From Candidatus Kaiserbacteria bacterium (GTDB lineage: Bacteria; Patescibacteriota; Minisyncoccia; Phycocordibacterales; UBA918): DNA of 57,858 nt. The position numbers and the translations under genes were made by a program. The DNA lies in assembly GCA_020428815.1 (NCBI GenBank), contig JAGQMC010000042.1:1-57858 (forward strand), read 5' to 3'. Below are positions 29,363 through 38,069 of the stretch, piece after piece. The notes below the pieces were generated by a model that was given only the letters and a program-made list of their open reading frames with translations, ran no database searches and was not told the origin of the DNA. Each line of letters starts with the position of its first letter. Position 1 is the first letter of the stretch.

Positions 29363-30367
29363 ATGCGACACTTAGAGTTTTATATCAGAGCTGCTTATAG
29401 CTTTGTCGTTTTTGCCAGTATTTGTACAGCGTTTTTGATTGTTTTACTTTTACAGTCTAAAAACCATATTTTTGAATATGCTAGCGAACAAGCAAGCGTT
29501 GAACGCCATGAGCCATTCCCCATATCAGTAGACCCAGAAAGTAAGACTATTGAAGAAAACCCTTTAGTTAAAAACTACTTTAGTGAACATCTAGCCCACA
29601 ATCAGAACTCCAAACAGAATTGGTGGAACCAAATCGCCGCTATTTTCGCCCCGAAAGACTGGTACCAAAATCTAGCCTCCCCAGTTAGTCGAATAATTGT
29701 TATTTGGCCAGGAGAAAGAAAAGAGGAAGCAGCTAAGAATATTAGCGATATTTTGGGCTGGAACAATACTGAAAAAACTGAATTCAAATCCTTGGTAGAC
29801 ACTGAGTTTCCCATTATGCCTGACGGTAAGTATTTCCCCAGTCAATACATTATTCATAAGTACGCCACACCGTCAGAGGTTGCTGAGTTAGTAAACAGTA
29901 AATTTAACGACGAGGTCTTAAGTCGTTACCCGCCAGAACTGGATGAGATTATCCCTCTTGAAGACACCCTGACTATTGCTTCTTTATTAGAAAGAGAAGC
30001 TAGTGACTTTGACAATATGCGAGAGATTTCTGGAGTTATCTGGAATAGATTATTCATTGATATGCCCCTACAACTTGATGCCAGCTTACAATATGTGAAA
30101 GGTAGTAACGCCTACGAGCCAGCTTGGTGGCCAAAAATATACCCTCGTGACAAGTTTATAAAATCTCCTTTTAATACTTATCAAAATGAAGGCTTACCGC
30201 CAGCTCCAATTGCCAACCCATCAGTCGAAGCAATCGTCGCGGCTCTTAATCCGGTGGTAACGGATTGTTTATTCTATTTTCATACCAACAATGGTGAATA
30301 CCACTGTTCTACTAACTACAAAGAACACGTTTCAAAACTCCGTTCTATTTACGGTCGGGGGTCATAG
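29363..30367 (+). CDS. mltG: endolytic murein transglycosylase MltG (YceG-like)
   Basis: N-terminal TM helix. LASLLEREA and NTYQNEGLPPAPIANPS motifs of the YceG family. Confidence 0.85.
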   Translation: MRHLEFYIRAAYSFVVFASICTAFLIVLLLQSKNHIFEYASEQASVERHEPFPISVDPESKTIEENPLVKNYFSEHLAHNQNSKQNWWNQIAAIFAPKDWYQNLASPVSRIIVIWPGERKEEAAKNISDILGWNNTEKTEFKSLVDTEFPIMPDGKYFPSQYIIHKYATPSEVAELVNSKFNDEVLSRYPPELDEIIPLEDTLTIASLLEREASDFDNMREISGVIWNRLFIDMPLQLDASLQYVKGSNAYEPAWWPKIYPRDKFIKSPFNTYQNEGLPPAPIANPSVEAIVAALNPVVTDCLFYFHTNNGEYHCSTNYKEHVSKLRSIYGRGS

Positions 30368-30913
30368 TTTTGCCGGACAAACCAGCGGATCACTCACTCG
30401 TTTAGCAATGTAATAGACCGACAACAATAATGAAATTAAACCAATAAAGGCAAATTCCACTCCGTGAAGCGGTAACAAAGCAATCAAGCTACCAGCTCCA
30501 AATAAGCTAAACACTGCTGTCAAAACTACTGATCCGCAAGCCGCACAGCCAATCCCTAAAAAAGCGCTGACAAAACCACCAATACTAGCAATATGGATAT
30601 GCTTTGAGTTTGTCATTTCTTGTCTTCGTCTGATGTAAAAAGTTAATAACGCAACATTAACTCCAAACAAAAAGCTTATCAGCAATAAATAACCAGCCGA
30701 AAGCATAGTGAAGTTAGTTGTAATTGAAGCATATAAACTAATAAAAAATTCTAACTTAGTTAGTAAAGATAAACTATTCGAAGTTAAAATTTGCCACAAA
30801 ACTGACCAGTTCGGCAACAACAAAGCCGCACTCAAAACTAAGAATGCGACTCCGACCACTACCCACCGATATCTGACATGTCTAAAGACGCGTTTTAATA
30901 CCGGTATAAACAT
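30362..30913 (-). CDS. polytopic membrane protein with intramembrane CAAC motif
   Basis: 183 aa, about 5 TM helices, GIGCAACGSV. 2-nt gap after the upstream DsbA-like gene. Confidence 0.6.
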   Translation of the reverse strand: MFIPVLKRVFRHVRYRWVVVGVAFLVLSAALLLPNWSVLWQILTSNSLSLLTKLEFFISLYASITTNFTMLSAGYLLLISFLFGVNVALLTFYIRRRQEMTNSKHIHIASIGGFVSAFLGIGCAACGSVVLTAVFSLFGAGSLIALLPLHGVEFAFIGLISLLLSVYYIAKRVSDPLVCPAKL

Positions 30914-30915
30914 GA

Positions 30916-31677
30916 TTAATTAGACAAGTAACTGTCAGCAAACTTCCAAAAAGCATCGTTGCCCTCTAGCTTAGCCACACACTCTGACGCAATCGCTACT
31001 GACTTGGCATTAGGATGTAGTTGTTCTAGTGGGAAGTGGCGATAAACCCAAGCCACTTCACCATCGTATTCTTTGACAACCTGATTCATTGTCGCGTGAA
31101 AACGGGTACAGAAGGGGCAGTCAAAATCAGAATACTCCACAATCACAATACCCGCATCTGGATTCCCTTTAATATTATCGGACTCAGTCACAGGATCCAT
31201 ATTTTCATAAGCCAATTCCTCTTCTGATGAGCCAGGTCCTTCCGCTGCTTCCGCTTTAGCCACTTCAACTAACTGTTTAATAGAAGCGAGCGGAAGAGCA
31301 CCATTAACTGGGTACTTTTTACCATTTGGACCTATTAAAATACTCCAAGGTGTCCCTCTTCCGCCAGTCTCGAAAGCGTCTTCCATTTGAGTTTCAACTA
31401 CCGCCACCGTATCACCATTATTGACACACTCATCGAAAGCTTTCTCTTTAACTCCCGCGGCCTTGGCCAATTCACTCACTCCACCAACTACCGGCTGAAT
31501 GATCACTTCTTCCTTATCAGGAGCCATGGGCGCACCACCAAAATAAAGACCTGCTCCCACGAACAACCCAGCGACTACAATTGAAATTGGGATTAATAAA
31601 TCTTTCACTGTTAACATACTAGATGTTGATACCACTTCGCCCTTAACTACTGTTTCTGAGTTGTTTTCTTCCGACAT
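30916..31677 (-). CDS. DsbA/thioredoxin-fold oxidoreductase, membrane-anchored
   Basis: 253 aa, TM anchor, CPFC active site. Confidence 0.8.
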   Translation of the reverse strand: MSEENNSETVVKGEVVSTSSMLTVKDLLIPISIVVAGLFVGAGLYFGGAPMAPDKEEVIIQPVVGGVSELAKAAGVKEKAFDECVNNGDTVAVVETQMEDAFETGGRGTPWSILIGPNGKKYPVNGALPLASIKQLVEVAKAEAAEGPGSSEEELAYENMDPVTESDNIKGNPDAGIVIVEYSDFDCPFCTRFHATMNQVVKEYDGEVAWVYRHFPLEQLHPNAKSVAIASECVAKLEGNDAFWKFADSYLSN

Positions 31678-31774
31678 AAACTAAATTTAAACTATTTTAT
31701 TAAGTATACACTGCAAGTGATTAGCTATCCATAATACGAAAAAGCCAATGTTTTATTTCTCTAATAGATTCTCT

Positions 31775-31975
31775 CTAAATAATTCCCATCAAATATCCGA
31801 TAAATAATACTAGTATTAAATATACGGCAGACCAACCTTTAGCCGGTGGAAAATATTCTGAGAACCGACCAATAGTATAAAGCCACCAATTCTGTCCAAA
31901 CCAAGACATTAAGACGGCTCCGACACTATCAATCAACAGCAGCACAAAAATTATTAATTCCCAATCTAAGCTCAT
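31775..31975 (-). CDS. small 2-TM membrane protein
   Basis: 66-aa ORF with two hydrophobic helices. Confidence 0.45.
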   Translation of the reverse strand: MSLDWELIIFVLLLIDSVGAVLMSWFGQNWWLYTIGRFSEYFPPAKGWSAVYLILVLFIGYLMGII

Positions 31976-32027
31976 GAAAAAATTGTAACAAAGTTTGCTT
32001 AATTTTTGCTATTTTTTAATAACAATA

Positions 32028-33020
32028 CTACCGACCACTTAATCTCTGCCGCTTGATTGCTTCAATTTTTTGACTGAGTCTTTTTTCATTTTGCACACGA
32101 TGTCTCATTGCATTAGTCGAATACTTACTATCTTGAAACTCGCGTTCTCTTAATAGTTTGTGGTAATTATCAAGTTCACGCTGATTCAATTCACCGATCG
32201 CTATCGCTTCTAAAACGGCACAGCCTGCACTCCGCTCATGATCACAATTGCGAAACCGGCAATTCTCAGCTAATTTTTCAATCCGTTCAAACACCGCCAG
32301 TTCATCTTCCGTATCAGATTCAATCACTCCCAACTCACGCATTCCCGGAGTATCTATTAAAAAGGCGCCGTTTGGTAAAGCAAACAACTGTCTCGAAGTG
32401 GTGGTGTGACGACCTCGACTATCATCTTCACGAATCTTATTGACCGCCTGCTTTTCTTCTCTAAGCAACCAGTTTGTAATGGTAGATTTACCAGCCCCCG
32501 ATGAACCAAGTAGAACCGCTGTCATATCTGTTTTTAGATAATCGAGTAAAGTGTCCATACCGTCACCAGTTAGACCCGACACACTAAACACCGGCACTGA
32601 GCCGGCTATCTCAGTCACTTCAGACACACACTGGTCTAAATCAACCGCTATATCTGTCTTATTCAAAACTACTACAGGCTTAACTTCGCTTTGTTCAGCT
32701 AGTAACAAATAACGTTCGAGACGACTAAGGTTATAGTCTCCATCTAATCCCATCACGATAATTATTAAATCAACATTAGCCACTATCACCTGCTCTTCAT
32801 CACTATCAGCTGAACGTCTTTTAATTACTGAGTTTCTCGATTGAACTTTTTCAATCACGGCCTTACCAGCTTCGAGAAGTTCAAGTTCTACATAATCTCC
32901 AACTTTTGGGAAAGTACCTTCCTCGTGAAAAGTGCCCCGTACAGTAGCCAATAAGACTTCATTGTCAGTTTTAACTGTGTAGTTGGTTCGATGAGCTTCA
33001 ATTATTCTACCGACTGCCAT
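32028..33020 (-). CDS. rsgA: ribosome small-subunit-dependent GTPase A
   Basis: Circularly permuted GTPase: NKTD ... GSSGAGKST ... DTPG, plus the C-terminal zinc knuckle CRFRNCDHERSAGCAV. Confidence 0.9.
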   Translation of the reverse strand: MAVGRIIEAHRTNYTVKTDNEVLLATVRGTFHEEGTFPKVGDYVELELLEAGKAVIEKVQSRNSVIKRRSADSDEEQVIVANVDLIIIVMGLDGDYNLSRLERYLLLAEQSEVKPVVVLNKTDIAVDLDQCVSEVTEIAGSVPVFSVSGLTGDGMDTLLDYLKTDMTAVLLGSSGAGKSTITNWLLREEKQAVNKIREDDSRGRHTTTSRQLFALPNGAFLIDTPGMRELGVIESDTEDELAVFERIEKLAENCRFRNCDHERSAGCAVLEAIAIGELNQRELDNYHKLLREREFQDSKYSTNAMRHRVQNEKRLSQKIEAIKRQRLSGR

Positions 33021-33034
33021 ATTTTGAGTAGTTA

Positions 33035-34828
33035 TTACATTTCATCAATGGTCGAAATCCCAAGTAGGGCCAGACCATTTTGGATTGTAACTGCGACTGA
33101 CTTAACAATAGCCAATTTATACATCTCTCTTTCGCTACCATCGAGAATTGATTCCTGTGCATACCAGCCATTGAAATCGCTACACAGTTGTAACAAATAC
33201 TGAGCCACGTGGTGAACAGACAAATCATCGATGGATTTCGCTACCACGTCTTCAAAGTAAAGCAGACTCCTGACTAACTCGGCCTCTTCTCCTAATTCTG
33301 AGGGCTGGTTAACGCCTTCTACGTCAAATCCAGCGGACTTCCGCAAGATTGATTGAGCTCTCACAAAAGTGTACATCACATATAAGCCGGAGTCTCCGTG
33401 CACATCTATCGAATGTTCAATATCAAAATCGATGTCCTGCATTTTATCCATCTTAATAAAACCAAACTTAACTGCCGCCAGCGCTAGCTTTTCAGCAATT
33501 TCTTCTCTGTTTTCTGGCTGATGACGCTCTTCGTCTTCAAATCGCTTAATTATGGTTTCTTTAACCTCATCTATCACATCATCTGCCAACACCACCGTAC
33601 CGTCCCGTGAAGACATCTTGGCTGAGCTGCCATCAGCACTCTTTAGTCCCACTTTTCCGTACGGCACATGAGTGAAGTCTTCTCGATTACCAATCCCTAA
33701 TTGCTCGCACACTGCAAATAACTGCTTCATGTGTAGAGACTGCTCTGGACCAACCACCCACACCAATTTATCAGCCTTGTAAGTAGTTTTTTTAAGATCG
33801 GTCAGAGCAATATCTTGAGTTAGATACAAAGAAGTACCGTCGTTTTTAAGCACCACTGTATCACTTAGTCCGTAGTCATCTTCCAGCTTAGTAATCACCG
33901 CACCGTCTTCCAGCTTCTTAAACACTCCTTTCTCTAAACCATCTAGAACGTAATCCTTTCCTTTTTGGTAATGTTCATGTTCATACCAAACTTTATCCCA
34001 GTGACTACCAAGACGCTGAAATACCCTTTCATTACCTTCATAAACATAACTGAGGATTTGTCGCCATAGCTCCCAGGTGACCTCGTCATTAGCTTCCCAA
34101 TCCACCACCATTTGCCGGACCGACTTTTCTACCCTTTCGTCATTTGAAAAATCTTGCTCCCCCAGCACATAGGTATCGGAGACAAAAACATCCGGTTTTA
34201 TATCTGATTCTAGAGGAGTAACCCACTCTTCCTTATGTAGAGCCCAATAGTGAATGTCAGTTGGTGTAGATTCAGTTTTTTTGCGATGAGCTAAGTAACC
34301 GTACATAACCTTAGCAATCGAAATCCCTCGGTCGTTATAAATACCGTCAGCTACCACCTCTGCTCCAGCCGCTTTCATCAGCCTGACAATACCCATACCA
34401 ATCAAATTGATGCGTAAGTGACCAATATGCATCGCTTTATTCGGGTTAGGCGAAGTATGTTCAATCACCCATTTTTCACTTTTATGACTCTCGTTATTAC
34501 CGAACTTGTTGCCAGCGGATAAAATACTTAGCACGTGTTTTGTTTTAGCCTCTGGCGTGAGGTAGAAATTCACAAAACCAGGTTGAACAGCCGTCACATC
34601 GGCCAAAAAGTCCAGTCTCTTTTCTTTCAGGAAATCAGCCAGATCAGAAGCTAAATCCTGAGGGTTCTTTTTTAACTCCTTAGCGTAGCGCATTGCCACA
34701 TTAGTTGAAAATTCACCAAACTTAACATCGACAGAGCGTTCAATCAGTACTACTGGTGAACTTACCCCGACATTTTTTAGCCAATCTGAAATTTGAAATT
34801 CTAATTGTTGTAAATACTCCCTAACCAT
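33035..34828 (-). CDS. argS: arginine--tRNA ligase
   Basis: 597 aa. SPNPNKAMHIGHLR (HIGH) motif, MSSRDG (KMSK-like) motif and the ArgS anticodon-binding C-terminus. Confidence 0.95.
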   Translation of the reverse strand: MVREYLQQLEFQISDWLKNVGVSSPVVLIERSVDVKFGEFSTNVAMRYAKELKKNPQDLASDLADFLKEKRLDFLADVTAVQPGFVNFYLTPEAKTKHVLSILSAGNKFGNNESHKSEKWVIEHTSPNPNKAMHIGHLRINLIGMGIVRLMKAAGAEVVADGIYNDRGISIAKVMYGYLAHRKKTESTPTDIHYWALHKEEWVTPLESDIKPDVFVSDTYVLGEQDFSNDERVEKSVRQMVVDWEANDEVTWELWRQILSYVYEGNERVFQRLGSHWDKVWYEHEHYQKGKDYVLDGLEKGVFKKLEDGAVITKLEDDYGLSDTVVLKNDGTSLYLTQDIALTDLKKTTYKADKLVWVVGPEQSLHMKQLFAVCEQLGIGNREDFTHVPYGKVGLKSADGSSAKMSSRDGTVVLADDVIDEVKETIIKRFEDEERHQPENREEIAEKLALAAVKFGFIKMDKMQDIDFDIEHSIDVHGDSGLYVMYTFVRAQSILRKSAGFDVEGVNQPSELGEEAELVRSLLYFEDVVAKSIDDLSVHHVAQYLLQLCSDFNGWYAQESILDGSEREMYKLAIVKSVAVTIQNGLALLGISTIDEM

Positions 34829-35118
34829 AAGACTAAATTAAGAAACTATTCAATATCTTCCGTAGCACTAAGAATGGCAAAATTTGCGGCAGAAATCTGA
34901 TAAATTTTAGCAGTTTTATGACCAAATTTTGACATTCAACTACCCGGGACAAGTCATTTTCGTTCTTTATATCAGACTTTGAACAGTTTCTAATACTACA
35001 TAACATAGCACAAAACCAAGAAACACCTAGCTATTAACGCCCACAGATTTGACTTTTTGGGAATATGTATTTAAATATTAACTAGCTCCACCCAGTTCAT
35101 CACACAAGGACACTTTAA

Positions 35119-35562
35119 ATGTACAGACGCCAGCAGTTAATGAACGAACTTGAACTAAGTCGTCAGTCGCAACCAGAAGACATCCCAGAACTTAAGTTAA
35201 TTCAGTGCCAAGTCTTGATTTATTCAAGTCACGCCAGACTACACTTAGCGATCTCCAATGGAATCGCCAACGTGTTTTCTGGGGTAAAAACTGTCAGTTT
35301 TTACCCAGGCAAACATGAAAATGAGTTTATCATTCGCCCTTACAAACTTTTAGCTGGTGATTTTAGTAGAAGATTCGTGAGACTAGAAAAATCTTCCCAG
35401 CCTGAATTTGCTTACGAATGCGTGTTGCCTCAAGAATTGGTTAACCGAAAGAAACCCATAGCTAACCTGAAAGATGACCCGAAGAAAACAGCTAGATTCA
35501 AATTTCGATTTGAAGCTAGTACCAGCGAAACTGGTTATGATATTTTAGTTACCATGGAGTAA
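35119..35562 (+). CDS. hypothetical protein
   Basis: 147-aa ORF. AAGGA lies 8 nt upstream of the ATG and a terminator follows directly downstream. Confidence 0.6.
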   Translation: MYRRQQLMNELELSRQSQPEDIPELKLIQCQVLIYSSHARLHLAISNGIANVFSGVKTVSFYPGKHENEFIIRPYKLLAGDFSRRFVRLEKSSQPEFAYECVLPQELVNRKKPIANLKDDPKKTARFKFRFEASTSETGYDILVTME

Positions 35563-35577
35563 ACTAACTCCATCTTT

Positions 35578-35606
35578 CCCACCCATCGAAGTTTCGGTGG
35601 GTTTTT
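35578..35606 (+). terminator. intrinsic terminator after CDS 35119..35562
   Basis: CCCACC(35578-35583)/GGTGGG(35596-35601) followed by TTTTT. Confidence 0.7.
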
Positions 35607-36240
35607 ATTTACCTATTGCTTTAATATTGCCAAAGGCCGATTGCCAACACTTTTCTATCTGCCAGCCGGAATCTTCCAATAATTGCTCAAACTCTGCTTG
35701 ACTGTACAAACATACTGACTCAGTTATACCAAACAACTCTTGAGTAAAATCTTGCAGCTTTCCAAATCTATCTTCGACTACGTTTTCTTTAGCTGGGTAG
35801 TTGTTCCCAATTTCAGAATCAATCCCTGTCGTTGATAGATATAGCTTGTTCTTTGTTATCTGCTTTAAAAAACGCAGCAATAACAAGGCCTCAGAATAGC
35901 GCAAATAGTGCAAAGTACGTTGACAAATCACAAAGTCAAACTGACGCTCAGCCAACAATTTAGGCAGGTCTCTCAAATCCCCCTGTATAAACTCTATATT
36001 ATGATTAAGAAACTGTTGACTAAAGTCATACTTATCGAGTGCTGTCACTCGAGCACCAACCGCAGCCATCCTTACTGCCTGTCCGCCAGCTCCACACCCT
36101 AAATCAAGCACGGATACCTCACCATAGTCCTTCAGCTCCCCTAATATAGCCTTATCCAAATCATCAGCTCGATTAACACCCACGTCCATCCCGTGCCCAC
36201 CAAAACTCTTATATTCGTGTTTTTTACTTGCATTTGGCAT
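35605..36240 (-). CDS. class I SAM-dependent methyltransferase
   Basis: VLDLGCGAGGQA motif I. I trimmed the start to Met61 of the track ORF (MPNASKK). The upstream 60 codons overlap ppk2 and its terminator and look non-protein-like. Confidence 0.75.
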   Translation of the reverse strand: MPNASKKHEYKSFGGHGMDVGVNRADDLDKAILGELKDYGEVSVLDLGCGAGGQAVRMAAVGARVTALDKYDFSQQFLNHNIEFIQGDLRDLPKLLAERQFDFVICQRTLHYLRYSEALLLLRFLKQITKNKLYLSTTGIDSEIGNNYPAKENVVEDRFGKLQDFTQELFGITESVCLYSQAEFEQLLEDSGWQIEKCWQSAFGNIKAIGK

Positions 36241-36254
36241 GAGCAGAGTATAAC

Positions 36255-36287
36255 AAAGAAAAAAACCGGAACAGCTTGTGCTCCGGT
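36255..36287 (-). terminator. intrinsic terminator after ppk2
   Basis: ACCGGA(36265-36270)/TCCGGT(36282-36287). On the minus strand it is followed by TTTTTTT. Confidence 0.8.
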
Positions 36288-36304
36288 CTATAAATGAGTG
36301 GCCG

Positions 36305-37255
36305 TTACTTCTTCGGCCGCCGACTCGGTGGAATAGTACCAGTGAGTATCTGATGTTGTACTCCAATAACATCACGACTAGAACCAACAATGAAACGGTC
36401 TGGATGTGTAACGACCTCAAAGTTTTTCTCAGGATATGGCAGAAGATTCAAAAAATGCATCATCATAGCCAATCTAGCTCGTTTCTTGTCGTTTGATTTA
36501 ATAACCGTCCAAGGGGCATCAGCTGTATCTGTATTAAAGAACATCAGTTCCTTGGCTTCAGTATATTCATCCCACTTATCCATCGAGGCCTTATCGACTG
36601 GTGACAACTTCCATTGTTTTAAAGGATCATTTGCTCTCGCTTCAAACCGTCTATGCTGTTCATCTTTTGTCACCGAAAACCAATACTTGAACAGGATTAT
36701 GCCATCATTAACCCACATTCGTTCCAGATCAGGACACTGTCTCATGAACTCCAGATATTGATTTGGGGTACAGAACCCCATCACCCTCTCCACTCCGGCT
36801 CGGTTGTACCAGGAACGGTCAAAAATGGTCATTTCGCCGACGTCCGGAAAGTGCTTGATGTAACGCTGGAAATACCACTGCCCCTGCTCTTCGACATTAG
36901 GTTTCTCAAGCGCCACTACTCTGGCACCACGAGGATTCAGCTTTTCGGTCAAACGTTTGATAACACCTCCCTTACCTGCCGCATCACGACCTTCACACAG
37001 AATAATAATGCGCTTTTTCTTATCTTTTACCCAAGCTTGGACCTTAAGAAGCTCTATTTGCAAAAGCCTTTTTTGCTCCTCATACTCTGCGGTAGATATT
37101 TTATCCAGATAAGGGTATTTGCCCGACTCAAAATAGTGCAAAAAATCCTCAGGATTATTCACGTCAATTTCATCGAGGTCAGATTGCGCTCTTCGACTAA
37201 GCTTACCCTCAACTTCGACGTCACCTGATGGTGTATGAACATCTCTTTTTGTCAT
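36305..37255 (-). CDS. ppk2: polyphosphate kinase 2 family (polyphosphate:nucleotide phosphotransferase)
   Basis: Walker A GRDAAGKGG and PPK2 core FDRSWYNR. Start set at the ATG at 37255, which is preceded by AAGGAG. Confidence 0.9.
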   Translation of the reverse strand: MTKRDVHTPSGDVEVEGKLSRRAQSDLDEIDVNNPEDFLHYFESGKYPYLDKISTAEYEEQKRLLQIELLKVQAWVKDKKKRIIILCEGRDAAGKGGVIKRLTEKLNPRGARVVALEKPNVEEQGQWYFQRYIKHFPDVGEMTIFDRSWYNRAGVERVMGFCTPNQYLEFMRQCPDLERMWVNDGIILFKYWFSVTKDEQHRRFEARANDPLKQWKLSPVDKASMDKWDEYTEAKELMFFNTDTADAPWTVIKSNDKKRARLAMMMHFLNLLPYPEKNFEVVTHPDRFIVGSSRDVIGVQHQILTGTIPPSRRPKK

Positions 37256-37347
37256 CGTCTTCTCCTTGTAATGAACAAACAAAGCCCCAACAGCGGCGCT
37301 TACAGCCGGCCTGGATTATTCCATTCAAAGATAATAAAGTCAACGCA

Positions 37348-37761
37348 CTAATGATTTTTTGGGTTAAACATGTTAGCTAAATCAGTCACGGTAGAAAAAA
37401 CTTCTATCTCAGGCAGATCTGTCTTGTTAATGAACCTTATCGCTTGGCACTCATTTGATGGTGTGAAATCAAGACTGACTAACTCAACCTCAAATAATAC
37501 ATTTACGCACCACCCTTCTGACCTGGTCATTTTAGCAGTGATGAAGTAACACGGATTATCTGCCATCCGTTTTACTTCAAGACCCATTTCTTCCTTTATT
37601 TCACGCTTCATTTCATCGGCTACTGACTGACCAAAGTCCAGACCTCCACCCGGCAACTCCCAGCGACCATTATCCTCCTGACAAACTAAAAATTTATCCT
37701 TAGTTTCGTTCAGCACTAGCGCTTTGACACTCACTCGATAAAAACAATCTGGAATGTTCAT
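37348..37761 (-). CDS. NUDIX hydrolase
   Basis: Nudix box GGGLDFGQSVADEMKREIKEEMGLEV (REUxEExGU satisfied). The ATG at 37761 overlaps the stop of the upstream gene as TAATG. Confidence 0.85.
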   Translation of the reverse strand: MNIPDCFYRVSVKALVLNETKDKFLVCQEDNGRWELPGGGLDFGQSVADEMKREIKEEMGLEVKRMADNPCYFITAKMTRSEGWCVNVLFEVELVSLDFTPSNECQAIRFINKTDLPEIEVFSTVTDLANMFNPKNH

Positions 37762-37940
37762 TATTTTTTCCAATCTTTAATTACCAACTCTTTACCCCGA
37801 AGTTCAATCGTTACCTTTTGCCCACGTTGCCATCTTAGTTTACGAATCAACTCAATCGGCAGTGTCATAGCCACACTCCGACCACTACCTGACTTTGATA
37901 ATTTGCGAGTAAACCTATCTTCTAATTTATTTCTTGCCAT
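37761..37940 (-). CDS. AbrB/MazE/SpoVT-type DNA-binding protein (antitoxin-like), 59 aa
   Basis: SVAMTLPIELIRKLRWQRGQKVTIELRGKELVIKD matches the swapped-hairpin AbrB pattern. Start trimmed to MARNK, because the track ORF extension runs through the upstream palindrome. Confidence 0.65.
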   Translation of the reverse strand: MARNKLEDRFTRKLSKSGSGRSVAMTLPIELIRKLRWQRGQKVTIELRGKELVIKDWKK

Positions 37941-37956
37941 ATCTAGTAGCATACCA

Positions 37957-38002
37957 TTGCGCAGAGCTTGCTCCGAGCATGCGCAGAGCAAGCTCTGCGC
38001 AA
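37957..38002. promoter_or_regulatory. perfect 16-bp inverted repeat (TTGCGCAGAGCTTGCT / AGCAAGCTCTGCGCAA), 14-nt spacer; candidate operator
   Basis: Arms at 37957-37972 and 37987-38002. GC-rich in an AT-rich divergent intergenic region, 17 nt upstream of the AbrB-like start. Confidence 0.65.
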
Positions 38003-38069
38003 ACCCACACTCCTGATGATAGATTGGGGTATGCTATAGTAAATTTCATAAAATAAATACGAACCATCT

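Noticed and set aside
36241-36420. N-terminal 60 codons of the track ORF 35605..36420 (methyltransferase)
   Set aside because: This part overlaps the 3' end of ppk2 and its terminator and translates to implausible sequence. The Met at 36240 gives a normal methyltransferase N-terminus.
36390-37228. Plus-strand ORFs 36390..36761 and 36653..37228
   Set aside because: They are antisense to the well-supported ppk2 CDS and have no motifs or start signals. The same reasoning applies to the other antisense or shadow ORFs in the track inside groEL, the P-type ATPases, argS, serS, RNase J and others.
37941-37991. N-terminal 17 codons of the track ORF 37761..37991
   Set aside because: The extension (MLCACSEQALRNGMLLD) is encoded by the GC-rich 16-bp palindrome itself. 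The AbrB-like domain starts at MARNK (37940).
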